A stretch of 36,650 nucleotides of DNA. Origin: a virus (taxonomy: Duplodnaviria; Caudoviricetes). Made by a program: the position numbers and the translations under genes. Shown here piece by piece: positions 17,301 through 30,000 of this stretch. The notes beneath the pieces were generated by a model that did not search any database, was not told where the DNA came from, and was given only the letters and a program-made list of their open reading frames with translations. Every line of letters begins with the position of its first letter. The stretch's first letter is position 1. The stretch spans positions 1 to 36,650 of the IMG/VR virus record IMGVR_UViG_3300042455_001458. The stretch is one strand, 5' to 3'.

Positions 17301-20300
17301 CGAGAATTACCGTTAGGGTCTACAAAATAACTTGTTGGGTCATTTGTATCTCTGAATATTGTACCATATACTTCACTTGATGCGTACATTGTACCACCAG
17401 TGAATATACTATTATTTGTTGCAAGACCGGGATATGAATTCGGATTTATTTGTGCAGCAGTTGCAGAACCAGGGTCACCAAAACCACCATCACCCAAAGT
17501 CCAACCAGCACTTTGATAGTTATCAGTCATTGCAACATAAAGAGTACCAGTATAATTTATATAAATTTGTACATAGTGAGTATCATATGTTCCACTTCTT
17601 CTAATTCTTATTTCATTGAATACACCACCGGCACTATACCAAGACTTACCAAGCATTGTAATATCAGCAACTCCTCCAAATGATATACCAGCATTAAATT
17701 TCATTGAACCATGTAATCCACTTTCATAATCCCAAATGTGGAACGTAGCCATTGCTCTAGTACCACCATTAGTTGCTATTGTGTACCATCTACCAGCAAC
17801 AACACTAAATGTAGCAGTATCACGTACTGACCACCCTCTTACATTTAATTGATTTAAGTTTGAAGTTGATGCTGGATTTACATAATACCCAGTATCATTT
17901 GAATCTTCAAATATAGGTGCTCTGAATGAATTTGCTTCTTGTGTGTAATCTCCAGTTATTGTTAAGTTTGCAGTATTTGCTACATATGAGTTACCATGTG
18001 CGTAGAAATGGAGTTCTCCTTTATTCCAGTTAGTATCTAAACCAGAACCATATCCGGTCTTTCTACCCATTATAGAAGCGTATGTAGAATTGTAGCCACC
18101 ACTTGTACTTCTAGCACTAAATGCTATTATTGGAGAGAATGCATTATCAGTATTATTTTCATTATGCATTGCCAATCCAATCAGCGTACCTCTTACGCTT
18201 GAAGCGGTACTACCAACTAATGCCATTATTGGGTCTCTACCATCAGCTGCCCAGTTAGAACCATTAGATGTCAATAATCTACTATTTCTATCCGTCCAAT
18301 GTACTGAACCAGCATCCGTATTTGTAAATGAATGTGGATAGTTATTGATACCATCTGCTCTAATTGCTCCAGCAAAATATCCACTACCAACTTCGTTTAT
18401 TGAAAATAATTCGTTAGATGCTTTTATTGCGTTATTACCAACTATAAATCTACTATCCGTTTGGTTGTTATTAGAATCTATATTTACACGCACATCACCA
18501 GCTCCCGTTAAATATAATACATTACCAGATGAATTACTTTGATGTAAAATCACATCATATGTATTATCTCTATATAAACCAGCATTAGTATCTGATAAAT
18601 AAAATGCACCACCATTACCACCTGCATTTGAATATATTGAACTTTTTATCCAAGCTACACCATTGTTTGCTACTTCGAATGATGCACCACCAGTACCAAC
18701 TCCACTTACAGCAAATCCTTCACTAGCACCACCACCTGTCCAAATAATATTTTTAAGTTGTGAACCTAAATTAGTTGTTGATGTTGTTGTTCTAAATCTA
18801 GCTCCCCAAGTATCAGGCTCACTATTAACAGAAATCAATGCAGCATTTGGTAGATTTAAAACACTAGTAAGAGTTAAAGATGCAAATGTTGGTGAATCGG
18901 TTGTTCTCACATACTGATTCATATTGTAAGCGTAAATTTGGTCAACACTATTTAATATTTGTTGCCAACTACTCCATGTTGATGCCCCAGTTCCTAATCT
19001 ACTCCAAATTCTACCTGCTGCAGTATATGCAATTTGTATTGGAGCTCCGCCACTTAAATCAGTACTACTACCATAACTTCTCCAAAACATTTGTCCGTTA
19101 TATGTACCACCATCACTTAATCCGTTTGTACTATTTGCTTTAAAGTCAAAATAAACTCCAGCATTTTTACTTGATGGTGTATCGTTTGTATTTCTAGTAT
19201 CATTTGAATCAACTGCTTCTGCTCTATCAGCAGTACCTGTTAAGTTTGAAGTTACGTTTGCGAATGTTACAGAATCGGTTGTTCTAACATTCTGATTCAT
19301 TGCGTACAATTCGTTAGCACCTTGTCCAGTATCAACCGTAGTAAAAGTTACTGCATCGGTTGTACGAACATTTTGATTCATTGCGTACAATTCGTTAGCA
19401 CCTTGTCCAGTATTAACGGTAGTAAAAGTTACTGCATCGGTTGTACGAACATTCTGGTCCATTAAATAAACTTCGGTTGCTCCTTGTCCTGTGTTTATTG
19501 TACCAGTAAGTACTACATTTCCAGCAACATAAAGACCATCATCAGCATACCATCTATCATTTGCTTCTTCCCAATAAAATGCTTTTGTTGCGGCATTACC
19601 TCTTTTAACTTCTATACCAGCGTTTTCAGTTGGTGTAGTTCCTACTCCAATATCTGCGTTAAGTGTAATAATATTATCACCTACGTTTAAAGTTGTTGTA
19701 TTAATATATGTTGTAGTACCACTTACAGTAAGGTTACCACTAATTGTAGCATCCCCAGTTACTGTCAATGTACTACCATCGAATCTTAAATTTGCTTCAA
19801 CAGTTCCGTTGGGAGCTGAACCATTTAGTGTAATTACACCATTATCAGTTGTACCAGTTAATGCTAATAATCCAGAAGAACCAGCTGAGCCTGATGTACC
19901 TCCACTACCGGATGTACCTCTTGTTCCAGATGAGCCACCAGAGCCTGATGTACCTGCCGTACCACCACTTCCGCTTGTACCTGCCGTTCCACCACTTCCG
20001 CTTGTACCAGATGTACCACCACTTCCGCTTGTTCCAGCAGAACCCGATGTACCAGCACTACCACTAGTCCCAGCTGAACCCGATGTTCCGGCAGAACCCG
20101 ATGTACCAGCACTACCACTAGTCCCTGCCGAACCAGCACTACCGCTTGTTCCAGCAGAACCCGATGTTCCTCCACTTCCGCTTGTACCAGTTGAGCCGGA
20201 TGTACCTGCCGAACCGCTTGTTCCAGTTGAACCTGAAGAACCTGCTGAACCGCTTGTACCAGCCGAACCAGCAGAACCTGTTGTACCAGCCGAACCAGCA

Positions 20301-21997
20301 GAACCTGTTGTACCAGCCGAACCAGCACTACCGCTTGTACCACTGCTTCCTCCACTACCAGAAGTTCCCGATGTACCACCACTACCAGAAGTTCCTGATG
20401 AACCAGCAGAACCTGCCGAACCACCACTACCAGTTGAACCCGATGTACCAGCTGAACCAGCCGAACCAGTTGAACCAGCACTACCGCTTGTACCAGCAGA
20501 ACCGCTTGTACCTCCACTACCAGTTGTACCAGCCGAACCAGCACTACCAGAAGTTCCTGAAGAACCCGATGTACCACTTGAACCACTACTTCCCCCACTA
20601 CCGCTTGTACCAGCAGAACCTCCAGTTCCACCTGCCCCAGACAAACCACTTGAACCACCACTACCAGTTGAGCCTGAAGTTCCCGAAGAACCTGATGTAC
20701 CGCTCGTACCACCAGTTCCGCTTGTACCAGCTGAACCACCAGCTCCACTTATACCGCCAGAGCCGGATGTACCACCACTACCAGATGAACCATTTGTTCC
20801 TGATGTACCCGAACTACCATCTTTACCGCTTGTACCAGCTGAACCATCTTTACCAGAAGTTCCTGTTGTACCACTTGAACCAGTTGTGCCCGATGTACCC
20901 GATGAGCCAGTCGTACCACTACTACCAGTTGTACCCGATGAGCCTGAACTACCAGAAGAACCTGATGTTCCTCCACTACCACTACTTCCACTCGTACCAT
21001 CAATTCCAGAAGAGCCTGATGTACCACCAGAGCCACTTGTACCACCAGAACCTGATGTTCCTCCACTACCACTACTTCCACTACTTCCGCTTGAACCAGA
21101 TGTACCAGCAGAACCTGTTGAGCCGGATGAACCAGAACTTCCCGAAGTTCCACTTGAACCACTACTTCCTCCACTACCGCTACTTCCACTACTTCCGCTT
21201 GTGCCAGATGTACCTCCAGAGCCTGATGTACCACCACTTCCAGAAGTTCCTGATGAGCCGCTTGAACCAGTTGTACCCGATGAACCGCTTGAACCCGTTG
21301 TACCTGACGTACCAGAAGTTCCCGATGTTGCTGCTGCTGTTTTTGTACCTATCTTACCAGTTGTAGTATTAATAACCAATACTTCGTTGGTTGTTAAATC
21401 CGTTCTTAATCCATCTATAAATACAGAACCACTAATAGCTAAACTACCAGTAATTTCTTGCTTATCAATTACGTTATCACCAAATTTGTTTGAACCAGAT
21501 GAGAATATTACTGAAGATGATATAAATGTTGTATGTAATTGAGTTGTTGTAATTTTTCCAGCTACAGTTATATCTCCTTTAAAAATACCACTACCAGTTA
21601 CTACTAAAAAATCCGTAACAGTAACTCCACTATTAACTTCAAGTCCTTTGTTTGGAGAAATTACTGCAATTGCCGAACCTGATTTTAATCTATCTATATC
21701 ACCAATTGATGCAGCTGATATATTAAATAGTCCGTTACCATCACCTCTAAATAAAGATGCTGATAGTGATGATGAAACATTAAGTGAGCCTGAGATTTTA
21801 GTATCGGCTTTTATTTGAAACGGATTATTACCAAATGAATCAATTTCATCCGTTTGTATTTTAGAAGCAGTAAAGTTTCCTACAACATTTACAGATTCCG
21901 ATGATACATTTAATATAGATGCCCCACTCACAAAAAGTGATACACTATTTACACTAGTCTGATTTAAACCATTAGGACTTTTACCGTTAAACTCCAT
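14309..21997 (-). CDS. long tail fibre (2562 aa) with Gly-X-Y Ser/Thr stalk, modular distal domains and C-terminal peptidase S74 intramolecular chaperone
   Basis: C-terminal SDASVKN...[15 protein letters not shown]...[15 protein letters not shown]...[12 protein letters not shown] plus coiled coil (about 14312-14647) is the S74 pattern. GSS/GTS repeats lie at 19872-21328. Confidence 0.9.
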   Translation of the reverse strand: MEFNGKSPNGLNQTSVNSVSLFVSGASILNVSSESVNVVGNFTASKIQTDEIDSFGNNPFQIKADTKISGSLNVSSSLSASLFRGDGNGLFNISAASIGDIDRLKSGSAIAVISPNKGLEVNSGVTVTDFLVVTGSGIFKGDITVAGKITTTQLHTTFISSSVIFSSGSNKFGDNVIDKQEITGSLAISGSVFIDGLRTDLTTNEVLVINTTTGKIGTKTAAATSGTSGTSGTTGSSGSSGTTGSSGSSGTSGSGGTSGSGGTSGTSGSSGSSGSGGSSGSSGTSGSSGSSGSTGSAGTSGSSGSSGSSGSGGTSGSGGTSGSGGTSGSSGIDGTSGSSGSGGTSGSSGSSGSSGTTGSSGTTGSSGTSGTTGSSGTTGTSGKDGSAGTSGKDGSSGTSGTNGSSGSGGTSGSGGISGAGGSAGTSGTGGTSGTSGSSGTSGSTGSGGSSGLSGAGGTGGSAGTSGSGGSSGSSGTSGSSGTSGSAGSAGTTGSGGTSGSAGTSGSAGSTGSAGSAGTSGSTGSGGSAGSAGSSGTSGSGGTSGTSGSGGSSGTSGSAGSAGTTGSAGSAGTTGSAGSAGTSGSAGSSGSTGTSGSAGTSGSTGTSGSGGTSGSAGTSGSAGSAGTSGSAGTSGSAGTSGSAGTSGSAGTSGSAGTSGSGGTSGTSGSGGTAGTSGSGGTAGTSGSGGSSGTRGTSGSGGTSGSAGSSGLLALTGTTDNGVITLNGSAPNGTVEANLRFDGSTLTVTGDATISGNLTVSGTTTYINTTTLNVGDNIITLNADIGVGTTPTENAGIEVKRGNAATKAFYWEEANDRWYADDGLYVAGNVVLTGTINTGQGATEVYLMDQNVRTTDAVTFTTVNTGQGANELYAMNQNVRTTDAVTFTTVDTGQGANELYAMNQNVRTTDSVTFANVTSNLTGTADRAEAVDSNDTRNTNDTPSSKNAGVYFDFKANSTNGLSDGGTYNGQMFWRSYGSSTDLSGGAPIQIAYTAAGRIWSRLGTGASTWSSWQQILNSVDQIYAYNMNQYVRTTDSPTFASLTLTSVLNLPNAALISVNSEPDTWGARFRTTTSTTNLGSQLKNIIWTGGGASEGFAVSGVGTGGASFEVANNGVAWIKSSIYSNAGGNGGAFYLSDTNAGLYRDNTYDVILHQSNSSGNVLYLTGAGDVRVNIDSNNNQTDSRFIVGNNAIKASNELFSINEVGSGYFAGAIRADGINNYPHSFTNTDAGSVHWTDRNSRLLTSNGSNWAADGRDPIMALVGSTASSVRGTLIGLAMHNENNTDNAFSPIIAFSARSTSGGYNSTYASIMGRKTGYGSGLDTNWNKGELHFYAHGNSYVANTANLTITGDYTQEANSFRAPIFEDSNDTGYYVNPASTSNLNQLNVRGWSVRDTATFSVVAGRWYTIATNGGTRAMATFHIWDYESGLHGSMKFNAGISFGGVADITMLGKSWYSAGGVFNEIRIRRSGTYDTHYVQIYINYTGTLYVAMTDNYQSAGWTLGDGGFGDPGSATAAQINPNSYPGLATNNSIFTGGTMYASSEVYGTIFRDTNDPTSYFVDPNGNSRIWYLGIQNAQGGGGSNGTVGLKFGGLGDYPSLELGIVDSYDGMIRSYGNDIRYYSGHWRSIGNTASENHSHYWYTSRVSSTDWSTAKMRLDHDGRLYVSGPITAGMSANSKSGGIGLVLNDGSLIVRAEGDNYHKIWYYDGIAFGTNNAHGIFRFYGESNTQRNNSTGGDNLRFSINSTNGVAISYGDMRAPIFYDQQNTGFFADPNGRSRFSSIDYGDGSYYLAGGSWGYRHNTPYGYIEFGPANSGHAHIYTDRSNFYFNVNEMYMNGYRILKEDYWNGNKYFGSDGTIYATIFRDANDGGYYVDPNDSGNSGRFRGGTLHGPNPTWGAYLYVGSNGRVDSWASVVTTNGNLHLDPRNGYTTYLNWYAGGPVYIENAAYATIYYDRDNSAYYFGSGQGDARFNSVASNNHYIYAGYMLYSDSGGWTGEYNKIQWHSSHTYYQVINNGYHIFRYGGDGLESHQLARDGNYWNRYMGWMSNYMNQNVRTDANPTFYDLYVNGWFRNNTNGHGLYNQSRGMHWYTNNGYWKSAGGGYGYGGIQMYNNYESDSRGYCGYWDGSGFGMLNNSGNWQIRIEYGNAHMELYRITYGNDFRAYIYYDRDNTGYYCDPASTNRLNFVNANNIYINAGHMLYSDSGGWTGEYNKIQWHSAHTYYQTLANGYHIFRYGGDGLESHQLARDGNYWNRYMGWMSNYMNQNVRTDSGPTFQEVYANGWFRNQGGGGLYQQSYGGHFRTNFQSSYTPWETFGYYRSGYGGQNFNDPSGYHNNLMFESGNGGIYNQQFGWTFYYSRPNNCASFDSTTYGWVAFNVQRGASRFRNFVNLNYNADGNLDVLGGFGLYVRSSGGYNLVMQTDGYNNVYCLNGGGSYGGVVLYPYYYGWSGYSDASVKNIHGVIVNVLDKVNQLTPIYYTYKIHSVDPEYVEDTKIKMGFTAQNVQSVFPELVRTDEKSGLLTLAMESLIPVLVQSVKELRNEINFLKAQNEYLLDRIEDLENK
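15191..15958. repeat. intragenic direct repeat: 15191-15319 identical to 15830-15958 (129 bp), similarity extending to about 15416 / 16055
   Basis: Base-by-base comparison; offset 639 nt (213 codons). Confidence 0.9.
19262..19497. repeat. 81-bp tandem repeat, about 3 copies (27 aa: [27 protein letters not shown])
   Basis: Seen in both DNA and protein; the central copies are nearly identical. Confidence 0.9.
19872..21328 (-). repeat. coding Gly-X-Y low-complexity repeat ([12 protein letters not shown]), about 485 aa
   Basis: Gly at every third residue; 9-nt periodic DNA with mixed synonymous codons. Confidence 0.95.
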
Positions 21998-22014
21998 TTA
22001 ATATATCTTTTTTA

Positions 22015-22347
22015 TTATGTCAACTCTAATACCGAAACAATTACATCTGCCGAATTTGCTAACGAAGATGTCACCGAAAGAAAATCCGTAGCTTCTAATA
22101 CAATCTTTTGTTCACCACCTACCATTACATTTGAACCACCTTGTACTATCAAAGCATCTTTTACCAAATATACACATTTATTTCCAGAAGTATCTCTCAT
22201 CATTACACTTACCGAAATATTTTGTGCTGCTGCATTTGCTACATTAACACCAATTATTGTTGCCGAAGTTGCAGCTGGTGATTCATATACTTTAACACCT
22301 GCTGTTCCTACCGAACCCGTTATACTATTTTTAAATGTATTTGCCAT
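22015..22347 (-). CDS. small beta-rich virion structural / adaptor-like protein (110 aa)
   Basis: MANTFKN...VYESPAATSATIIGVNVAN...LVKDALI...KIVLEATD.L.V...DVIVSVLE, a pattern common beside fibre genes of large phages. Confidence 0.75.
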   Translation of the reverse strand: MANTFKNSITGSVGTAGVKVYESPAATSATIIGVNVANAAAQNISVSVMMRDTSGNKCVYLVKDALIVQGGSNVMVGGEQKIVLEATDFLSVTSSLANSADVIVSVLELT

Positions 22348-22359
22348 TTTGTTTTATTT

Positions 22360-22641
22360 TTATCCTAATGCTATCGCAAAAGCTATTGCTGAATCTAATA
22401 CGTTTACATTATCAACTAAATATCCGCCAGCTGTCAGATTCATTGAACCCGTCATTATTATAGAACCACTTACCGATAATTTATTAGTTATATTTAAATT
22501 TGCAAATGATGCCTGTTGAACATCGATTGTTCCTTTAAAAGAACCAGTTAAAGAACCTGTGAAAGAACCACTAAGGTCCGCATATGCATTGTTCCTATCT
22601 TGAATTATTGAACCTGAAAATATGGGACTATGTATTACCAT
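22360..22641 (-). CDS. small fibre-like protein (93 aa) ending in AIAFAIALG
   Basis: SGSFTGSLTGSF repeats like those at the start of the 3448-aa protein; ATATTTATA motif upstream at 22668-22676. Confidence 0.75.
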   Translation of the reverse strand: MVIHSPIFSGSIIQDRNNAYADLSGSFTGSLTGSFKGTIDVQQASFANLNITNKLSVSGSIIMTGSMNLTAGGYLVDNVNVLDSAIAFAIALG

Positions 22642-22690
22642 TTATATCTATATACTTTTGTTATAGGTATAAATATAAAATAATTTCCTT

Positions 22691-23134
22691 TTAAGGTTTC
22701 GCTGGCCATTCTATACTAAATGGATTCGTTTGTGTTGTAATATTTCGCAATGCTTGTCTATATACTGTCCAAGCTTCTTTAGTTTCAGATGAGATATCTG
22801 CTAATTGTGTCCAATCACATTCAGTTAGTAATTGGTTTCTCAATACTCTAACTTCTTCCCATTGATTTTCAATTCTATATGAAATCTCTGCTTCAGATGC
22901 ATTGACTTGATTCCAAGTTTGATGATAATTTCCATCAATTAAAGTTGGAGTACCTTCTGTAATGTTTTTTGTATAATCAGATGGTGCTGGAGTTGGCGTT
23001 ACTACATACATATCCCATTCTATTAAAGCCCCATCACTTAATTCAGCAGGTAAACTTACATTAGGATATGATTCTCTTAAATCATTAACACTATATGGAT
23101 AATTAATATTTTCTTCTATAATTCTTAAATACAT
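22691..23134 (-). CDS. phage tail (fibre) assembly chaperone-like protein (147 aa)
   Basis: C-terminal WEEVRVLRNQLLTECDWTQLAD...W..YRQALRNIT.Q..P..I.WP.KP is the characteristic motif. Confidence 0.85.
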   Translation of the reverse strand: MYLRIIEENINYPYSVNDLRESYPNVSLPAELSDGALIEWDMYVVTPTPAPSDYTKNITEGTPTLIDGNYHQTWNQVNASEAEISYRIENQWEEVRVLRNQLLTECDWTQLADISSETKEAWTVYRQALRNITTQTNPFSIEWPAKP

Positions 23135-23135
23135 A

Positions 23136-24041
23136 TTATTTGAAATTTGAAGGTATTGATGCGTAGTTTGCTAATCCAGTACAATTAAAAAATGCTCTAG
23201 TACCAGATGGTGTTGGAGTTCGTAACCACAATGTAGGTGCAGTTCCTGTCAACGCATTTGATGTTGAACTCATATAATATAAGTTATTAAAAATTGTAAC
23301 GTTTGTATTATAAGTAAATTGTAATACATTTGTTAATGCTCTACAATTATAGAAAGTACCAGAAAAGTTTACTGCCGTTGTATTTTGGTCAAATAATGTA
23401 GATGGTACTGAAGTTAATGCCGAACATCCAAAAAAACAAGATGCAAATGTAGTTGCATTTGGTACACTATCAAATAATCCGTTTGGTACTGTTGTTAATG
23501 TTAATATTGATGAGAATGTATTTGAAAATGTAGTTGCATTTGGAGAATATTCAAATAAATCAGAAGGTATTGATGATATTCTTGTACCTTGAAATAGAGA
23601 TGAGAAATTTATAACTTCTGCCAATCCAGTATATCCACCAACACCACTTAAAGAAGCGCTACCAGGAATTGCTGTTAAATTTTGGCAACCATAAAAATCT
23701 ATTGTTCTCAATCCAACTACTCCCCATTGTACTAATTCAGTAATGAGGTTTCTTATTCCAGAATTATTATTTACTCTAAATCCTGGCATAAACCCACTTA
23801 TAGTAATTGTATAAGTTCCAGGTGCTACAAATGTATGAATTCTATTTGTAGATGATGATGCTGTAATTAATGGAGAATTTGCACTCCCATCTCCCCAATT
23901 TATAAATAAACTTGGAGTCAATCCAGCATAATCAACTAATGGGGTTGTAAATACCGTATTAGCTACCGTTGTTGTTATTTTAAATACAAAAGGAAAAACT
24001 GCCGATGAATCTGATTCTACTAATCTTCTAAATATTCCCAT
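23136..24041 (-). CDS. leucine-rich-repeat (BspA/DUF285-like) protein with PKD-like N-terminal domain; candidate receptor-binding tip (301 aa)
   Basis: INWGDGS...HTF..PGTYTITISG, then about 24-aa repeats (SIPSDLFEYSPNATTFSNTF / TVPNGLFDSVPNATTFASCF / SVPSTLFDQNTTAVNFSGTF). Confidence 0.75.
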   Translation of the reverse strand: MGIFRRLVESDSSAVFPFVFKITTTVANTVFTTPLVDYAGLTPSLFINWGDGSANSPLITASSSTNRIHTFVAPGTYTITISGFMPGFRVNNNSGIRNLITELVQWGVVGLRTIDFYGCQNLTAIPGSASLSGVGGYTGLAEVINFSSLFQGTRISSIPSDLFEYSPNATTFSNTFSSILTLTTVPNGLFDSVPNATTFASCFFGCSALTSVPSTLFDQNTTAVNFSGTFYNCRALTNVLQFTYNTNVTIFNNLYYMSSTSNALTGTAPTLWLRTPTPSGTRAFFNCTGLANYASIPSNFK

Positions 24042-24052
24042 AACTATAATTA

Positions 24053-27000
24053 TTAACTTAAATTTTTACCTGTTACAAATCCGTAATATGTTGTACCACC
24101 ATTAAATGTATAAAATGCCAGCACATCAGTACCAGACGATGTTAATATTGGTGCAGTTCCACCCACCCAATCTATTGTTGCTGGCCATGTTATAGTATAT
24201 GCTCCAGCGTTTACAACTACTAAAGTAAATCCAAATGCATTTGATGCTGGCGGATTTGAATATGTAAGTGTTGCAGTACCATTAAATTGTCTTCTGAAAT
24301 TATTTGCTGTTGATAGGTCTAATGTTGTACTACCGCCAGTTCCTAAATCAGAATATGTTTCTCTAAATGTAGTAGAAGTTACATAATTTGTTGAACTTAT
24401 ATATCCACTAGCTCCTAAGTTTCCTGTTAATGTTAATGTAGTACCATCAAATACTAAGTTAGATTCAACACTACCACCAGGTAATACACTATCATATGTA
24501 ATTACACCATTATTAGTAGTACCACTTACATTCATAAATCCAGAAGTACCAGAAGATGCTCCAGTACCAGAAGTACCAGATGTAAATCCTAATGGGGATG
24601 TTCCAGATGTACCTGCTGTTCCTGATGTTGTTCCGAAAAATGAAGTACCCGAAGTACCTGCAGGCCCTGTTGCGCCTGAAGTACCAGATGAACCCGAAGA
24701 ACCAAAGTATGTACCATCTAATCCAGAACTTCCTGTTGAACCTGAAGTTCCTGATGTACCATTTGTAAATCCTAATGGTGATGTACCAGACGTACCAGCC
24801 GTTCCAGATGTAACTCCAAAGAATGATGTACCTGAAGTACCATCTAATCCCGATGTACCATTTGCTCCAGTACCAGATGTACCTCCACTACCTGATGTAC
24901 CATTTGTTCCAAAGAAAGTACCATTAACACCAGATGTTCCAGTTGTACCACTTGTACCATTACTACCAGTAAATCCGCTTGAACCAGCCGTACCAGTTGT
25001 ACCATTTGTGCCAGACGAACCGGATGTACCACTACTTCCAAAGAAAGTACCATTCACACCAGAAGTTCCTGTTGTACCACTACTTCCAGATGAGCCAGCC
25101 GTACCCGTTGTACCATTTGTACCACTACTTCCGCTTGTACCATCAGAACCACTTGTACCACTACTACCAAAGAATGTTCCATCTAAACCAGAAGAACCAT
25201 TTGAACCCGATGTACCATCTGAACCCGATATACCAGAAGAACCTGCCGTACCAGTTGAGCCCGATGAGCCCGATGTGCCAGATGAACCTGATGTACCACT
25301 ACTACCAAAATATGTTCCATCTAATCCAGAAGTTCCACTACTTCCACTGCTTCCGCTTGTGCCAGAAGTTCCATCTAATCCAGATGTACCATTCAATCCA
25401 GTACTTCCTGATGTTCCAGAAATACCGCTACTACCAAAGAATGTTCCATCTAGTCCACTACTTCCCGATGAACCACTACTTCCACTACTACCATCAACTC
25501 CAGTAGTTCCGCTTGAACCACTACTTCCACTTGAACCACTACTACCAAAATATGTTCCGTCAAGTCCAGTAGTTCCGCTTGAACCAGAAGTTCCCGATGT
25601 GCCACTACTTCCAGATGAACCAGACGTTCCTGTTGTACCACTTGTACCAAAAAATGTTCCATCAACTCCACTACTTCCGCTACTTCCACTACTTCCGCTT
25701 GTACCATCTATTCCAGATGAACCAGAAGTTCCTGTTGTACCGCTTGTACCAGATGAGCCACTACTTCCAAAGTATGTACCATCTAATCCAGAAGTTCCCG
25801 ATGTGCCATTAGTCCCCGTACTACCAGATGTACCTGTACTTCCAGAACTTCCAGAAGAACCGCTTGAACCACTTAAACCACTACTACCAAAGTATGTACC
25901 ATCTAATCCAGAAGAGCCGCTTGAGCCACTTGTTCCTGAAGTTCCTGAAGAACCTGCTGTGCCAGTCGTACCACTACTTCCTGATGAACCCGATGAACCA
26001 AAATATGTACCATCCAAACCGCTTGTGCCGCTTGAACCACTACTTCCACTACTACCAGAAGAGCCGGCCGTTCCACCAGTTCCGTTTGTACCATCAACTC
26101 CACTACTTCCACTGCTTCCGCTTGTGCCAGAAGTTCCTGTTAAACCGCTTGAACCAGACGTGCCATTCGTTCCACTACTTCCGCTTGAACCACTACTTCC
26201 GCTTGTACCATTGGTACCTGAAGTTCCAGATGTACCTTCAGCAGATGTTCCAGAAGAACCAGCCGTTCCACTACTCCCACTACTACCACTACTACCATTT
26301 TTACCGCTTGTGCCAGATGAACCAGCCGTTCCACTACTACCACTACTACCGCTTGTACCATCAGTACCACTCAAGCCGCTTGAGCCCGATGTTCCATCAG
26401 TACCAGAAGTTCCTGATGAGCCTGAACTACCAGCTGTGCCAGCTGTGCCAGATGTTCCAGCCGAACCAGTTGAACCAGATGAACCAGATGAACCAGCAGA
26501 CCCGCTTGAACCAGACGTTCCGTCAGTTCCAGAAGTTCCTGATGTGCCACTACTTCCACTACTTCCGCTTGTTCCAGAAGAACCTGTTGTGCCAGCTGAG
26601 CCACTTGAACCAGAAGTTCCCGATGAACCAGAAGTTCCTGATGAGCCACTACTTCCACTAGTACCACTAGTACCAGATGAGCCCGTAGTTCCCGATGAAC
26701 CACTACTTCCCGATGAACCACTACTTCCAGATGAACCGGATGAACCACTACTTCCCGATGTACCTGATGAACCAGTTGTACCTGATGAACCAGTTGTACC
26801 TGATGAGCCACTACTTCCAGAAGTTCCCGATGTACCATCTTCACCAGAAGTTCCCGATGTTCCATCTTTACCAGAAGTTCCTGATGAACCACTTGTACCA
26901 GAAGTACCACCACTACCATCTTTACCAGAAGTTCCTGATGAACCATCAGTTCCAGCTTTACCAGAAGAACCCGATGTACCAGAAGTTCCCGATGAACCGC

Positions 27001-30000
27001 TTGTACCAGCAGAACCTCCACTACCAGCAGAACCAGAAGAACCCGATGTTCCAGCCGTACCTGTTGTTCCTGATGAGCCACCAGAACCAGTTGTTCCCGA
27101 TGAACCCGATGTTCCACTTATTCCAGAAGTTCCCGATGAACCCGATGAACCAGAAGACCCAGCTGTTCCAGTTGAACCTGATGAACCCGATGTACCACTA
27201 CTTCCGCTTGTACCAGAAGAACCTGATGTACCAGCTGAACCAGTTGAACCCGATGAACCACTACTTCCACTACTTCCAGATGAACCTGAAGTTCCCGATG
27301 TACCACTACTTCCGCTTGAACCCGATGTACCTCCAGAGCCCGATGAACCACCACTTCCAGATGTACCAGCAGAACCCGTTGAGCCTGATGTACCAGATGA
27401 ACCCGAACTACCACTTGAACCACTACTTCCACTACTACCGCTTGTACCAGCAGAACCTGTTGAACCGCTTGAACCTGATGAGCCACTTGTACCACTACTT
27501 CCTGATGTACCACTACTTCCAGATGAACCGGATGAACCACTACTTCCGGCAGTTCCACTACTTCCGCTTGAACCACTACTACCACTACTTCCGCTTGAAC
27601 CACTACTTCCGCTTGTACCATTAGTACCATCTATTCCAGATGAACCCGAACTACCACTTGAGCCGCTTGAACCAGATGTACCACTACTTCCGCTTGAACC
27701 AGATGAACCCTGTGCACCAGATGTTCCCGATGAACCAACTGCTGCTGCTATATTTCTTCTTTCTAATTTTTTTGTTACATCATTCCAAACAACAACATTT
27801 TCAGATGAACCAGATGGTAATGAATTTAATAACACACTACCACTAACACCCAAACTACCACTAATAGTTAAGTTAGCATCAATTTTACTATCTTTATTTA
27901 CTTGTAAGAATGATGCAGTATCAACGTTTGCCGAATTTAATGCGAATATTGCGTAAGATGCTGTAAATGCTAATGATGCCGTACCAACCAACATTGAAGC
28001 GGTTTGTGAACTAAGTAAATCACCAATACCAGCACCACCACCACCGCCACCTAATATGGTTACTAATACTCCATCCGAACCAGATGGTGTCACATCAACA
28101 CCAGAACCCGTAAAGTGAATTTTTCCTACTTGAGATTTTACCAATGAACTGGTTTGGTATATAAATAATTCAGTACCACCACCTGCTCCTGCATTTAATG
28201 CGTATGATGCTGTTAATGCGTAAGAAGAACTTACTGCACTAAACACAGCCATTGATGATGTTTGTGAATTTCTTACGAAGTTTTCTAAATCACCTAATGC
28301 TGCTAATGATGCGGAATTAAATCCAACAATACTTTCAGCTACACCCGCTCTAATTGCGTATGAAGCTGATAACACCGTACCAAATACTCTATCACCCGGT
28401 ATTGTACCATTAATCAATGAACCTCCACTACCAATTACAACGTGTCCAGAAGTTAATCCAGCAAATTTAATTTGGATTTCATCTTCACTAATTGATTTTA
28501 TTGTACCAGGTATAATTTGGTCTTCAGAACCAGTTGCATAAACCTGAACCATTGGGTATTGTATTCCCAAATTGTGTACAATTGTTAAATCACTAACATT
28601 ATTGAATGATACAGTTTCAGTTAATGATGTTTCAGGTTGAGGTATAAAATATCCTCTTGCCTCATCAAATCTTAAAATATCATATTGAGCAGATGCGGTT
28701 GGTCCTACTCCTTGGAAATTATAAGTTCCTAAGAATGACCCAGTAAATAATGGTGAAAATATTAAATTACTTGCTGTTATTTTATTTGATACTACTAAAT
28801 TGCCCTCAATTAAAGATGATGTATTTACTACAAATCCAAAATTTGGAGATATTCTAGCTATTGCAGAGCCTGATTGTAATAGTGATGTTTCAAATGATAA
28901 GTTAGCAATGTTAATATTTGTTAATCCACTACCATCACCATAATATGCAGAACCAGTTGCTGCTACAATATTACCACCAGTAACAAATAATCCACCAGTA
29001 ACACTTAAGTTACCGGAAACGAATGTTTTAGTTCCAATTTCTAATCCTCTATTTGGTGATATTACCGCTTGAACCGAACCAGATATAATTCTATCCAATT
29101 GTAAATCTTCTAAAGCTTCTGCAGGAATGTTAAATAATCCACTACCATCACCATCGTATCTTGCTGCAGTTATTGGAGTGTTTACATCAAATTTATCTGG
29201 GTCAATAATTGCTCTAGCTGAACCAGATTGTATTCTATCTAATTGTAAATCTTCTAATGCTGATGCTGGAATATTAAACAAACCTGCACCATCCCCATCA
29301 TAACGAGATGCTGAAAGCGAACCACTAATACTTACTGAACCAGTAAATTCAGAACCGTAATAACCACCAGATACAGCGTTTGTAATTACTTGGAATACTT
29401 TACCACTAGCTACCGAAGCCGTTGCCGAACCACTTGCTATCAATGGAGCTGCTGATGCTTGTACATTTGTCAAAAATCTACCATCTCCTATAAAGAAATC
29501 GGTTGCAGTAATACTACCACTAATTTGAACTGAACCCGTAAATTGAGAACCAATCGATGAACCAGTTTCGTTTGTTTTTACTATAAACTGCCTACCACTT
29601 GCTACCGATGCCGTTGCCGAACCACTTGCTATAAATGGAGCTGCTGCCGCAACAACGTTAGTAATAAATCTACCATCTCCGAATATAAAATCTTTAACGG
29701 TTATCGAACCACTAACTTCAATAGAACCAGTAAATTCAGAACCAATTTGCTCATCGAATTTTGCAGTTTTTACAATAAACTTTTCACCACTAGTCACAGA
29801 TGCAGTTGCCGAACCACTTGCTATCAATGGCGATGCAGCTGCTTGTACGTTTGTTATAAATCTACCATCCCCTATGAAGAAATCTTTAGCTATAATACTA
29901 CCACTAACCTCAACTGAACCAGTAAATTGAGAACCAATTTGAGAACCAGTAAATGGAGTTATAACTCTAAATCCATCATCAGGATTTACAGATGCCGTTA

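Noticed and set aside
19262-19497. CRISPR-like array
   Set aside because: The units are contiguous in-frame coding repeats with no unique spacers.
496-19690. Short plus-strand ORFs (e.g. 496-702, 2143-2433, 6792-7175, 10786-11088, 16726-16995)
   Set aside because: All lie antisense to well-supported minus-strand genes and show no recognisable motifs.
19809-21542. 577-aa plus-strand Pro/Glu/Val-rich ORF and other overlapping ORFs
   Set aside because: Antisense shadow of the GSS repeat: complements of Gly codons give Pro every third residue with no stops, and the limits track the repeat.
25008-27956. 982-aa plus-strand PEPDVP ORF and the many alternative-frame ORFs here
   Set aside because: Same shadow effect from the longer stalk; no independent expression signals seen.
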